This document shows positions 34,944 through 44,131 of a DNA stretch of 45,160 nt, in pieces. Numbering within the stretch: the stretch's first letter is position 1; every line of letters begins with the position of its first letter. The stretch lies in IMG/VR virus record IMGVR_UViG_3300046009_003661, positions 1-45,160 of that record. One strand, 5' to 3'. A model generated the notes under the pieces. The model had not been told where the DNA came from and searched no databases. It was given only the letters and a program-made list of their open reading frames with translations. A program made the position numbers and the translations under genes. The stretch is from a virus. Its lineage: Duplodnaviria > Caudoviricetes.

Positions 34944-37651
34944 TAAATTGACGCTCTAATTGGGAACGGTGGAGTTGTTGTACTTGCGCCTTGCGATCTA
35001 CTCGATCGGTACACAAAATTTCTTAGTTTTATAGTAGCATTTGTAGCAACGGCTAAATTAAAATATATTATCGAATATATTTGACAATACATCCCTTGTC
35101 TATCTTCTAGATCCGTGTTATGCATGTTTAAATTAAAAACACCAGATGATATTTGGTTTGCTGATGTTGCGGTTGGTAAGTTATTCCCTCCAATTAGTGC
35201 ATAATCTTGAAACGTATTATACAAAGTGGTAGTTGTATTATTATCAAATAAACTACCACTAGCTATATAGTGTCTAATTACTAATGATGGCGTTATTGAT
35301 GACCCAAATGCGCTATTATCTAGTTCCATGGTAAATGAACATTGAATATCAGTTTCACCAGGCAATAAATATGTGTGAAACATACTAGCTGTAACAGCAT
35401 TTGCAATTCCACCATCTATTGTTTGTGCGGTTGTAGATATCTCGTCTGGACTATAATATAAAACTCGGCCGATATTGATACCGTCTGCAAATTCATTATT
35501 CGAATCAAACAATGTAACACCTGTATTGCTTATTGCCGTAAATTGAGATGCTGTTACTGATCCATTTGGGTTAAGATGAAATGAACTTGCTGAAATTTCT
35601 ATGTTTCCATTTGCGCCACTAATGAATGGAGCTGGATATTGTCCAAAGAAAAATCGGCGAGTTCGTATATCAACTTCACTGTCAGTGGTTGAATATCTAA
35701 AATAGCTAGCAGTATTTGCATATAATTCTATTCCTACACCAGAATATGGAGCTCCACCTTTAGTACCTAATGACCCAGACAATGCTGATCCAGACCAAAT
35801 TAAAAATCCCGGAAAGCCTGCCGTAAATCCTTCATATCCAAGTGACCGAATAAAACCAGTTTGTTTGTATCCGCTTATTGCAATTCCAGAATCCAATGAA
35901 TCTGCTACATACAATGAGCCGGTAAGCATTGAGTATTCGCCATCTACATAACGATTTCCTCCGGTCCAATCTAAGTTGTATACATAATTAACTTGTTTGC
36001 TTTTATAACCAGCAACATTGTAATACTCAATTTTAAATGAAAGTTGATTGCCGGCTTTGTGTGCTGTCGGTACCAATGTTTTCAATCTAGTATAATTTGG
36101 AGTATATCCGGCATCATTGTCAGACGTTGTTCGTATATCCGATACTTGCCAATCTCCTGCCTCTACTACTAACAATAAAACTGCGTTTCCTACATTTTCA
36201 GTTTCGAAACTAAAAGTTATATCATCAAATCTTTGATTATTTGATGTTACTCGAAGCTCGCCTATTCTTTTACCTAGTTTAACTGGTAATTCATTATTAA
36301 AATAATCATTCGGTAATCCGTCGACCGCACTACCAGATAAATATAATGATAATACTGGGTCTAAATTATTGCTAGTTGAACTGCGTGTCCCAATAGCGTC
36401 CAATGTTATTTTGTATGCTGAACTTGAAATAAATGCACCAGAATATGTAGATTTTATTTGTGCTACATGCACTGCATTTCGAGCTGCAATATTTGTTGCA
36501 CTAGAAATCACCATTGCATTACTCATTGATGCAGTTGACCATGTCAGAGTAGGAGGTGTTGTTTCAGTGAACCCTTGATATGTATGGGCGTCCCAATATG
36601 TGTTTATGATGCTTTGTGATGTAAATGAACCAACGTTTAAATCTGGATATATCGATGATGTACTTGCGACAAATATTTCGGTTTCTCCCAATTCAACATC
36701 GTTGAGCAATTCCCAAGTACCAATAGTACCATTATTGTTTGCAAACACTTTGATTCTAGATATATCACCTGCTGCTGGCTCTAGATTATTAATTTGCAAA
36801 ACACCATATGATTCTGAATTTTGTGTTTGTGTATACACGGGACTTGCTTCATAACTCAAACTAAATGGAGATGCCGCAAATGACGTGTATGTATGATTAT
36901 TCACAGTTGGCGTTAGAACTGTATACTCTTGATCTAACAAAGCTGTTGTCGGAGATAAGATCTTTTTAACCGCAGATGCATATCCCGCATTAGATACGGC
37001 GTAATTAGGCGTAGGCAAAGGATTTACTGGATTGGCTACTGTGATTGTGCCAGTTGCCATATCATTCGTAAAAGTTCCACCGATAATTTCAATTGCTGGT
37101 TGTGAATTCAATGAAAAATATCTAACAGTACCTGTTGTATAAGTTGGAAACTGAATTCCGGTTGGATATGTTCTATCTAGGTGTGGTCCTATTTCTTCAG
37201 TCAATGTTATTTCTGGCAATGAGTCAAATATAATTTCAGATACATTTGAAATATTAGGATTAACCGGCACTGAACGAATCCACTTGATATTCGGTCTACC
37301 TTGCCATTCTGCAGGACTATTTGCCGCCTCAGCAATTAAAGTTACTGTGCAATCTCCCGGCGATGTTTCTGAATAAATATAAATTGCAACTACGCGGGAC
37401 TTGTCTTCATCAATATAATTAATAACTTCATGATATATCGGATCTCCGTTATAATCTAAGACCTCAATGTTCAAAAGGCCTCCAACTTTTAAATTTGTTG
37501 GATGACCTCGAAGTTTGAATAAATTCTTACCAGCTGTTAATTGTGTTGGAAATTCTGTAATTTGAAAATAATCAGGCGATGTTAATGAAGTATCTGTTTG
37601 CCATACATCATTAAATTGTAAACCTTTATAGACTGCTTCTTTGCGTTTCAT
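34943..37651 (-). CDS. Large virion structural protein (baseplate/fibre-associated, unassigned)
   Basis: 902 aa, beta-rich with S/T/G/N composition and SGS/TAS motifs; late motif upstream. Confidence 0.65.
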   Translation of the reverse strand: MKRKEAVYKGLQFNDVWQTDTSLTSPDYFQITEFPTQLTAGKNLFKLRGHPTNLKVGGLLNIEVLDYNGDPIYHEVINYIDEDKSRVVAIYIYSETSPGDCTVTLIAEAANSPAEWQGRPNIKWIRSVPVNPNISNVSEIIFDSLPEITLTEEIGPHLDRTYPTGIQFPTYTTGTVRYFSLNSQPAIEIIGGTFTNDMATGTITVANPVNPLPTPNYAVSNAGYASAVKKILSPTTALLDQEYTVLTPTVNNHTYTSFAASPFSLSYEASPVYTQTQNSESYGVLQINNLEPAAGDISRIKVFANNNGTIGTWELLNDVELGETEIFVASTSSIYPDLNVGSFTSQSIINTYWDAHTYQGFTETTPPTLTWSTASMSNAMVISSATNIAARNAVHVAQIKSTYSGAFISSSAYKITLDAIGTRSSTSNNLDPVLSLYLSGSAVDGLPNDYFNNELPVKLGKRIGELRVTSNNQRFDDITFSFETENVGNAVLLLVVEAGDWQVSDIRTTSDNDAGYTPNYTRLKTLVPTAHKAGNQLSFKIEYYNVAGYKSKQVNYVYNLDWTGGNRYVDGEYSMLTGSLYVADSLDSGIAISGYKQTGFIRSLGYEGFTAGFPGFLIWSGSALSGSLGTKGGAPYSGVGIELYANTASYFRYSTTDSEVDIRTRRFFFGQYPAPFISGANGNIEISASSFHLNPNGSVTASQFTAISNTGVTLFDSNNEFADGINIGRVLYYSPDEISTTAQTIDGGIANAVTASMFHTYLLPGETDIQCSFTMELDNSAFGSSITPSLVIRHYIASGSLFDNNTTTTLYNTFQDYALIGGNNLPTATSANQISSGVFNLNMHNTDLEDRQGMYCQIYSIIYFNLAVATNATIKLRNFVYRSSRSQGASTTTPPFPIRASI

Positions 37652-37671
37652 TACACCTTATATTCATTTTA

Positions 37672-37680
37672 TATAAATAT
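37672..37680 (-). promoter_or_regulatory. Putative late promoter ATATTTATA
   Basis: Exact motif overlapping the upstream TAA. Confidence 0.65.
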
Positions 37681-40600
37681 TAAGTGTGGGAGATTTGGCT
37701 GAAATTATTTATCTTGTTGACTTCTATCAATGAATCAACCATATCTCGCATTGTGTCTACATGTGATATCACAATTGAAAAATCAAATTTAGTACGGAAA
37801 TAATCAAACAAATTAACAACAGATGCAATATGTTCAGCATCTAATGAACCCCAACCTTCATCTATTGCAATGAAATTGGGACGAGGTAATGCTGACACAT
37901 TGATTAAGGCAATACGTATTGCTAATGAACTAATGAATCGTTCCATTCCGCTAGTTAATTCTAAAGGCCAGAAATTATCTTCATCATAAATAATATATCC
38001 GTTGATATTTTTACCATCACTTTGAAGCACCATATTGAAATCAACTACTTGATTCAACACATTGTTAATTTCTGCTTCAATTTTTGGCATAGCCTTTGCA
38101 ATTAATTCATATGGAACGCCGTCTCGTTTAATTGAGTCTAGATAGTATTCATATGCCTTGTATTCAGTTTCTAATTTCTTGTATGCATCTAATTGTTCGA
38201 TTGCTGATTTTTTTGTAGTTTTAGCAACTTCAATTTTACCGTGTTTACTGCGAATAGTATCTGTAGTTTGTTTTATTAATACGGTTAATGAATCAATTGT
38301 TTCTTTACATTTTGCAATCTCCAAATCTACTGTTTTATTGTGTATGATTGCGGATTCATTTGCCCGGAATGATTCTTGTCGTTCTAAACATGTTTCTAAT
38401 TCAGATTCTTTGGTTTGCAAATCATTTTCTAAAATTTGAATCTGTAGTTCTTGTTTTTCAATTGACAATCTCGTTGTTTCATGTTGTTGTGTTATTTTTA
38501 TCAAAGCATCATGATCAGTTTTAACAGTGGCATACATTGCAATTTTTTCATGTAACTCATTTTGAGTAGCCGTTAATTGATTTAATATATCTGTATCTGC
38601 ACTAATCGTTTTTTGTGCTTCAATTGCATTTTGTACGAATATGTTAGATGTACAGTATTTGCAGTCTGGATCATATTCGTGGTCGGAAAGATGATCAATT
38701 TTTTCTTGCTTTGCATTGATAATACCTTGTTGTTTTTTAATGCTAGAATTTTGCGTGGATAATTCAGTTTCTAGTTGTTGTAATTCTTCTAGCTTGATTT
38801 GTAATTCTGTTTGATTGTATTTTCGTTTGTCTCGCTTAATAATTAGATATTGTTGAGTAGATGCCTCTAAATTTGTTTCTGCTGTATCAATATCCAATTG
38901 CAATTTGCCAATCTTTTTTGTTAGGTCAGTTTCAATTTTTGATAATTCTTCAATATCAGGTCCAGCATATGTAGTTGGCTGTTTAGTTTCAATTAGTTGT
39001 ACAATCTCAGTTTGTAAAACATTTCTAGATTCTTGATGTTGATCTTCTTGTTCCTCGAGTTCTGTAATTGCTTGTTGGTTGTTTGTGATAATACTGTCAG
39101 CATCATTGATTATAATATCATAATCTGTTTTCTTGTATGCTTTTAGTTTACCTGCTGTTTCTTTGCTTTCATCTGATGCTAATTGATATAATTGTTCAAA
39201 TACTGTTATATCTAAAAACTGTGATAGTAAATCTTTGCGTTCACGTTGTGATTTTTCAATGAAATTATTGTTGTCGGCTTGCAGGGAAAATGCCGTCAAA
39301 ATAAAATCGTCATATGTTCCTAGGTAACGACGAATTGATTTATTAGTATCACTGCGTTCTTCCCCGTTTAAATTTTCTGTATCGGTATAAAAATCTACTA
39401 ACACTTTAACGTGTCCATTTTTTTGTTTGATACCCGTACGAACTATTGTGTAAATAGTTCCATTCATTTCAAATTTAAACTTGCCAGAAAATGTAGATTT
39501 TTTATTGTTTAAAACTTCATGGGCTTTACCCGTCTTGCTACATTTATCAAAGATCGTATATGTTATTGCATCTAACAATGATGATTTACCAGATGTATTT
39601 GCGGCAAATAAACCACATACGTCTTGCAAATTTTCAAAATTTATAATGTTACCTTCACCATATGAAAACATGTTGTCGAATTCAAATTGAATAGGATGCC
39701 ACGTCATGTGTCGAACTGAATCAGTTGCTGGTAGTTTAGAATTTATTGTGCGATTAATATGTCTAATTGCATCTGTTTCTTCAACAGTTGCTTGAGGGTG
39801 GTTTATTTCTATGTAATCGGTAATCAATGTGTTTTGATATTCTACATCTCTAACATTGCCAATAGTAAATGATGAAGTTGCATTTGTATCCGGACCTGTA
39901 CTACTACGTTGAATTGTAATATCTTGTACATCATATTTTTTACGTATTGTAGCAATTAATTTTTTCATGTCCGCAGCAGCCGTTTCATGAAATTTAATTC
40001 TAACACGCGGTTTATTTGGCATTCGATGTGGAGATTTTATAATATTAGTTCCTTCCACTTCCAATGTTACATAACCATAATCATTTTGTATTTCTACAAA
40101 TTCCGCGGATTTAGATTCAATATCCCATACAAGGATTCCATGGTCTAATGCTTCTCCATGATTTTGTTGAATCAATGAACCAGGATATGCAATAGTGCGA
40201 GCATCATTTAAAAATTGGGCTGGCTTATGAATATCGCCTAACAATGTTATATCATGTCCTGTAAATAGTTCTGTAGTTACATGCTCATTTGATATTTGAT
40301 ATCCGATGTCTGTTTTTGCCGTGTTAACAGCACCATGGTGCATTGCAATTTTATATGACGCATTGAAATCTTTTGCCATTATATACTCAGATGGTGCTAC
40401 ATCAACAGCCATATGATTCCACACAATTCCGCCTAATTCAAACAATCCGTTTTCTTTGATGAATGTAATATTTGAATTTTGAATAACATCAAGCACCGGA
40501 CTTATAGCATCAATTCGATGCATATTATTCAAGTTCATGTCATGGTTACCTAGTATAACAATCGTAGGTATTTCAAAGCCATTAAAAAATTCAACTAGCA

Positions 40601-40820
40601 TTTGAACTAGTTCCGGCGACATATCTAATTTGCTATGCACAATATCTCCGGTTACTACCGCAATACTGTTAGGTGTGCTTGTTCTCGCAATATAATCAAA
40701 CATGTTTTTAAATACTTCGCGGTATTCTTTATGTCGTTTTAATGTACGTATATGTATATCTGAAACATGATAAATTTTATCAATTTTATCTATTCCAATA
40801 TCAATAGTTTTTATGTCCAT
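37680..40820 (-). CDS. Fused Mre11/SbcD nuclease - Rad50/SbcC ATPase (gp47-gp46 fusion)
   Basis: Phosphoesterase motifs SDIH, GDIVH, GNHD and LGDIH. Then Walker A AANTSGKS, Q-loop, coiled coil with CKYC hook, signature TSGME, Walker B IAIDEG and ISH. Confidence 0.92.
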   Translation of the reverse strand: MDIKTIDIGIDKIDKIYHVSDIHIRTLKRHKEYREVFKNMFDYIARTSTPNSIAVVTGDIVHSKLDMSPELVQMLVEFFNGFEIPTIVILGNHDMNLNNMHRIDAISPVLDVIQNSNITFIKENGLFELGGIVWNHMAVDVAPSEYIMAKDFNASYKIAMHHGAVNTAKTDIGYQISNEHVTTELFTGHDITLLGDIHKPAQFLNDARTIAYPGSLIQQNHGEALDHGILVWDIESKSAEFVEIQNDYGYVTLEVEGTNIIKSPHRMPNKPRVRIKFHETAAADMKKLIATIRKKYDVQDITIQRSSTGPDTNATSSFTIGNVRDVEYQNTLITDYIEINHPQATVEETDAIRHINRTINSKLPATDSVRHMTWHPIQFEFDNMFSYGEGNIINFENLQDVCGLFAANTSGKSSLLDAITYTIFDKCSKTGKAHEVLNNKKSTFSGKFKFEMNGTIYTIVRTGIKQKNGHVKVLVDFYTDTENLNGEERSDTNKSIRRYLGTYDDFILTAFSLQADNNNFIEKSQRERKDLLSQFLDITVFEQLYQLASDESKETAGKLKAYKKTDYDIIINDADSIITNNQQAITELEEQEDQHQESRNVLQTEIVQLIETKQPTTYAGPDIEELSKIETDLTKKIGKLQLDIDTAETNLEASTQQYLIIKRDKRKYNQTELQIKLEELQQLETELSTQNSSIKKQQGIINAKQEKIDHLSDHEYDPDCKYCTSNIFVQNAIEAQKTISADTDILNQLTATQNELHEKIAMYATVKTDHDALIKITQQHETTRLSIEKQELQIQILENDLQTKESELETCLERQESFRANESAIIHNKTVDLEIAKCKETIDSLTVLIKQTTDTIRSKHGKIEVAKTTKKSAIEQLDAYKKLETEYKAYEYYLDSIKRDGVPYELIAKAMPKIEAEINNVLNQVVDFNMVLQSDGKNINGYIIYDEDNFWPLELTSGMERFISSLAIRIALINVSALPRPNFIAIDEGWGSLDAEHIASVVNLFDYFRTKFDFSIVISHVDTMRDMVDSLIEVNKINNFSQISHT

Positions 40821-41755
40821 ATCATTCCCATTTTTAAATGCATTAAACCTTCAAATGTTAATACGTCGGTATCTGCTAATATATTTGTAATTTGTTTGAA
40901 TCCTAATTCTGATGCATCTTCGTTTGCTAGTTCAACAAAGTATACATTTAATCCTTCACCCATAAATCGTTGTGCAATTTGTACAGCATTCTTTAAAGCA
41001 TCTGCATCTAGACAAATATAAATGTCTCGTACATGCTCTTGAATAATTTTTTTTTGTAGGGCCGGTTGAATAATTTTACCAAATAATGGAATTGCGTTGC
41101 GTTTAATTGCAATTGCATCAAATGAACCTTCGCAAAGTATGATTGGTTCGGCCCAATTTATAAACATTTCAAACCCTATAATATCTTTTGAAATTTTTGG
41201 ATTTTTATGTTTTTGTTTGTCTTCTTTATAAAATGCTCTGCTAACAAAATAATTTAATTGGCCAGCAGCATCATAGCTAGGAATAATTATTTTGCCAGAA
41301 TATTCACCAGATTCACAATAACCAATTCTGTATTTTAAAATATCAAACGCCGTGATTCCTCGTTTTGATAAATAGTGTATTGCGTTTCGATAATCAGGAG
41401 TTAGTTTTTTAATCCAAAGTGGTCGATATTGTTCCGGTAGTTGAACTGCGATTGGTTTCTCAGTAACTGAGTTTTGTGATCGGTACCGGGTTGATTCAAC
41501 AATTCGTTCTAGTTGTTCAAACTTTTCTTTGGATAAATTTAATTGTTTGAATAATGAAGAAATACTTCGACCCTTTTTATCCGAAATCCAACAGTGCCAA
41601 GCATTTTCACCGGCATGATTAGTGTTGATATTAATTTCTAGTTTAGGTTTGTAATGTGAAGTAAATGGAGAGAAGAATGCAATATTATCACCAGATGTTG
41701 GTTTACCTTTACCAAGTACTGATTCTAATAACTGTAATAATTTAAGATTCTTCAT
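40811..41755 (-). CDS. DNA primase (DnaG-type, Toprim)
   Basis: YL..RGI, IIIPSYD..G.LNYFVSR, CEGSFDA, CLDADA and DASELG motifs; degenerate N-terminal Zn-binding region. Confidence 0.88.
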   Translation of the reverse strand: MKNLKLLQLLESVLGKGKPTSGDNIAFFSPFTSHYKPKLEININTNHAGENAWHCWISDKKGRSISSLFKQLNLSKEKFEQLERIVESTRYRSQNSVTEKPIAVQLPEQYRPLWIKKLTPDYRNAIHYLSKRGITAFDILKYRIGYCESGEYSGKIIIPSYDAAGQLNYFVSRAFYKEDKQKHKNPKISKDIIGFEMFINWAEPIILCEGSFDAIAIKRNAIPLFGKIIQPALQKKIIQEHVRDIYICLDADALKNAVQIAQRFMGEGLNVYFVELANEDASELGFKQITNILADTDVLTFEGLMHLKMGMIWT

Positions 41756-41762
41756 TAATAAT

Positions 41763-41791
41763 AATATAATGAATTACACTGAGTAATCCAA
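41763..41791 (-). promoter_or_regulatory. Putative host-sigma-type promoter TTG-N20-TATATT before primase
   Basis: Ends 7 nt before the primase ATG, implying a near-leaderless mRNA. Same class as 8764 and 23929. Confidence 0.5.
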
Positions 41792-41913
41792 TTAAATAAT
41801 ATTAATAATATATTAATAATAGTTAGACACATACATTACATTCCTGGTCTAACGATCGATTCAAATAAATTTTCATCAATCTATTAATAAAATGAATTTC
41901 ATTAATTATACTG

Positions 41914-41942
41914 AATATATTAAAAATATTTCACAAATCAAA
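41914..41942 (-). promoter_or_regulatory. Putative host-sigma-type promoter TTTG-N19-TATATT
   Basis: Directly after the endonuclease stop, upstream of an apparently non-coding AT-rich stretch. Confidence 0.45.
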
Positions 41943-41945
41943 CCA

Positions 41946-42428
41946 TTACTTGAAAAAAGTTTTAATTGTTTTCGGTTCCTCGCCATCTTTTAAACATTCT
42001 GCAAACCATTCTGCAGGAATATCTTTTTTAGCTACATGATTTATGCCTAATTTCAGTGCGTGCATTTCATATGTAGTTTTGCTAGCTTTTGATATTTTCT
42101 GAGCAGGTGCTTGAAATACCATGCGAATATCAATACCAGGATTGGATGCAAGAACATGTTTCATTTTAAGTCGGTCAATTGATGTCCAACGTCCTTTTGT
42201 TTCGATATACATTAATGAGCCATCACGTTTAGTAAAAACAAAATCAGGTGTATATTTTGCTTTGCGTTCTGGTACTATATAATTTAATGTTTCTGTCTCG
42301 TAATTCAAAGGATATTCGTAACTTTTTATTTGATCAGCTACCGTATGTTCTAATCCAGATTTATATCCATATTTAAGTGCCGCAGCTCTTTTTGAGTTTC
42401 CAGAACTATGATAATGATTTTTTGCCAT
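41946..42428 (-). CDS. Phage endonuclease I / Holliday junction resolvase (T7 gp3-like)
   Basis: YKSGLE...YE..L.Y......YTPDF......IETKGRW...DR.K....P.IDIRMVF. Confidence 0.9.
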   Translation of the reverse strand: MAKNHYHSSGNSKRAAALKYGYKSGLEHTVADQIKSYEYPLNYETETLNYIVPERKAKYTPDFVFTKRDGSLMYIETKGRWTSIDRLKMKHVLASNPGIDIRMVFQAPAQKISKASKTTYEMHALKLGINHVAKKDIPAEWFAECLKDGEEPKTIKTFFK

Positions 42429-42438
42429 ATAACTTTTT

Positions 42439-43563
42439 TTATTTTACAGGTTTAATGTCTTTCGTTTCAGCAAAATATAGTATAGATTTCCCGCCAGCTG
42501 ATGTTGGTAACTTTATTAAAGTGTAATTTGGATTTGTTAAACTGACGCCTTGATAAATTACATTCAAATCTGCTGCATCATTTATTTTGTATCTTACTCC
42601 ATCACCGTTTTTATCTGTACTCTGTACAAATCTTCCTGTTTTACTATTATACCAATACAGTATAACAGTTTCGCCTATATTACGATCAAACTGTACCACG
42701 TCATTTACATTCGCAATCTTACTCACACCATCTATATCGGCATCTTTGCCAAATTTTTGATTTAATTTGAGATTGACATTTCGATCGGTAATTAAAATAC
42801 CATTTCCTGCTTTTCCGGCTTCAAAATCTTTTTTCCGCATTGTTCGCCACGCGCCGTCCATAATGGTATATATGTAATCATCTGTATCAGCCATTGTATA
42901 CAACACATTGCCATTTTCTGTAGTATATGGATAAGTAATTTTAACCTTCGCGCCTTTTTCATCTGTTGGCAATGGATCTGCCTTTATAAATAAATTTCGC
43001 GTAGCTACTCCTTTTTCGACAACATCCGGTGGATTTAGGTCTGCTTTTTTTTCAATTGGAGTTGGATCAATTATAATATTATCTGCTGCGGTAACTGGAG
43101 CACCTTTATTGATGTTTTTATATTTTGTTTGATCTGCTGTGTTAAGATTTTTAAATGATATTAATTGACTTACTCCTATTTTATATGGGTATGTTGCTGA
43201 TACATTAACTGCTTCTGGATCTGTGTTATTTGCAACATTTGCTGGAATAATCCAAACATTCAATTTCATTCGGCGTTCTGAATCTTTAAGATTATTACTT
43301 AAAACATATTTATGTGCACTCTTAGCATATTTACTAGATGCACCAACTGATGGATTTGCTGATATAATATTACTCAATGAATCCATTATTTCTGTTTCTG
43401 TCGGTAACGCATCTTTACCCATTCGAATTGTATATACAACATCAAATGCATATAACGCACCCGCAGCCTTAGCATCATTATATGATCGGATATCAGCTTT
43501 TTTAACGACCGCTTTAAATTCTCTTGCTTCAAATAAATATTTTTTAATTATAGTTTCTAACAT
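42439..43563 (-). CDS. Hypothetical protein (late, possibly head-packaged)
   Basis: 374 aa with late motif and AAAGGA RBS; N-terminus MLETIIKKYLFE. Confidence 0.7.
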   Translation of the reverse strand: MLETIIKKYLFEAREFKAVVKKADIRSYNDAKAAGALYAFDVVYTIRMGKDALPTETEIMDSLSNIISANPSVGASSKYAKSAHKYVLSNNLKDSERRMKLNVWIIPANVANNTDPEAVNVSATYPYKIGVSQLISFKNLNTADQTKYKNINKGAPVTAADNIIIDPTPIEKKADLNPPDVVEKGVATRNLFIKADPLPTDEKGAKVKITYPYTTENGNVLYTMADTDDYIYTIMDGAWRTMRKKDFEAGKAGNGILITDRNVNLKLNQKFGKDADIDGVSKIANVNDVVQFDRNIGETVILYWYNSKTGRFVQSTDKNGDGVRYKINDAADLNVIYQGVSLTNPNYTLIKLPTSAGGKSILYFAETKDIKPVK

Positions 43564-43575
43564 AATTTCCTTTTT

Positions 43576-43584
43576 TATAAATAT
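43576..43584 (-). promoter_or_regulatory. Putative late promoter ATATTTATA
   Basis: Exact intergenic motif. Confidence 0.65.
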
Positions 43585-43587
43585 TGA

Positions 43588-44130
43588 TTACCAATCAACT
43601 AGTACCATTTTATTGCTCCACAACATTACATTGTCTGATTTAAAATCTAAATCTAAATCTAAATCTGCAATGCCCGTACGGTTTGTGTCTTGTTGCAAAG
43701 CCCGTAAAAAATTAACTAGTCTAGGGTTAGTATTGCGAGCTCCATCATTATCTAGATAATCAAATATACTAACTTCGCCTCCGGTTTCTCGAGCATACAT
43801 TTTGAACTGATTCATGAATTGGTCAATCATCAATTTATCAGGTTTTGTTAATTGTTCTGCATTTGCCATTATATACATGCTTTGTTTTGAATCAACATAA
43901 TATACTGGAATAAATGTCGTAAATTCAGACCATCGGCCTACAATCACTTCTGCAACTTCTAATTCACTTTGTTCTTGTGTTATTTTGAAACATCGGTCCG
44001 TCCCATCAATTTCATAGACACGACCATTATCTCCAGCCGCAATAAACCGAAACTGTTTTGATTTAATTTTATTTAAAAGTTCTCGCAACTCAGTGTCAAC
44101 GATTTCTAATAATGATTTTAAACGTATCAT
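43588..44130 (-). CDS. Minimal protein kinase-like (PKL fold) protein
   Basis: Gly loop AGDNGRVY, Lys in FKIT, Glu in SELEVA, catalytic loop DFKSDN, terminal VDW. Likely start is the ATG at 44130 after AAAGGA. Confidence 0.75.
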   Translation of the reverse strand: MIRLKSLLEIVDTELRELLNKIKSKQFRFIAAGDNGRVYEIDGTDRCFKITQEQSELEVAEVIVGRWSEFTTFIPVYYVDSKQSMYIMANAEQLTKPDKLMIDQFMNQFKMYARETGGEVSIFDYLDNDGARNTNPRLVNFLRALQQDTNRTGIADLDLDLDFKSDNVMLWSNKMVLVDW

Positions 44131-44131
44131 G

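Noticed and set aside
43642-43666. AAATCT tandem hexamer
   Set aside because: It simply encodes DLDLDF leading into the kinase catalytic loop; too short to be informative.
864-43759. Plus-strand ORFs in the track (for example 2467-2940, 11634-12158, 31752-32300, 43223-43759)
   Set aside because: All lie antisense within well-supported minus-strand genes and show no recognisable motifs; they look like shadow ORFs.
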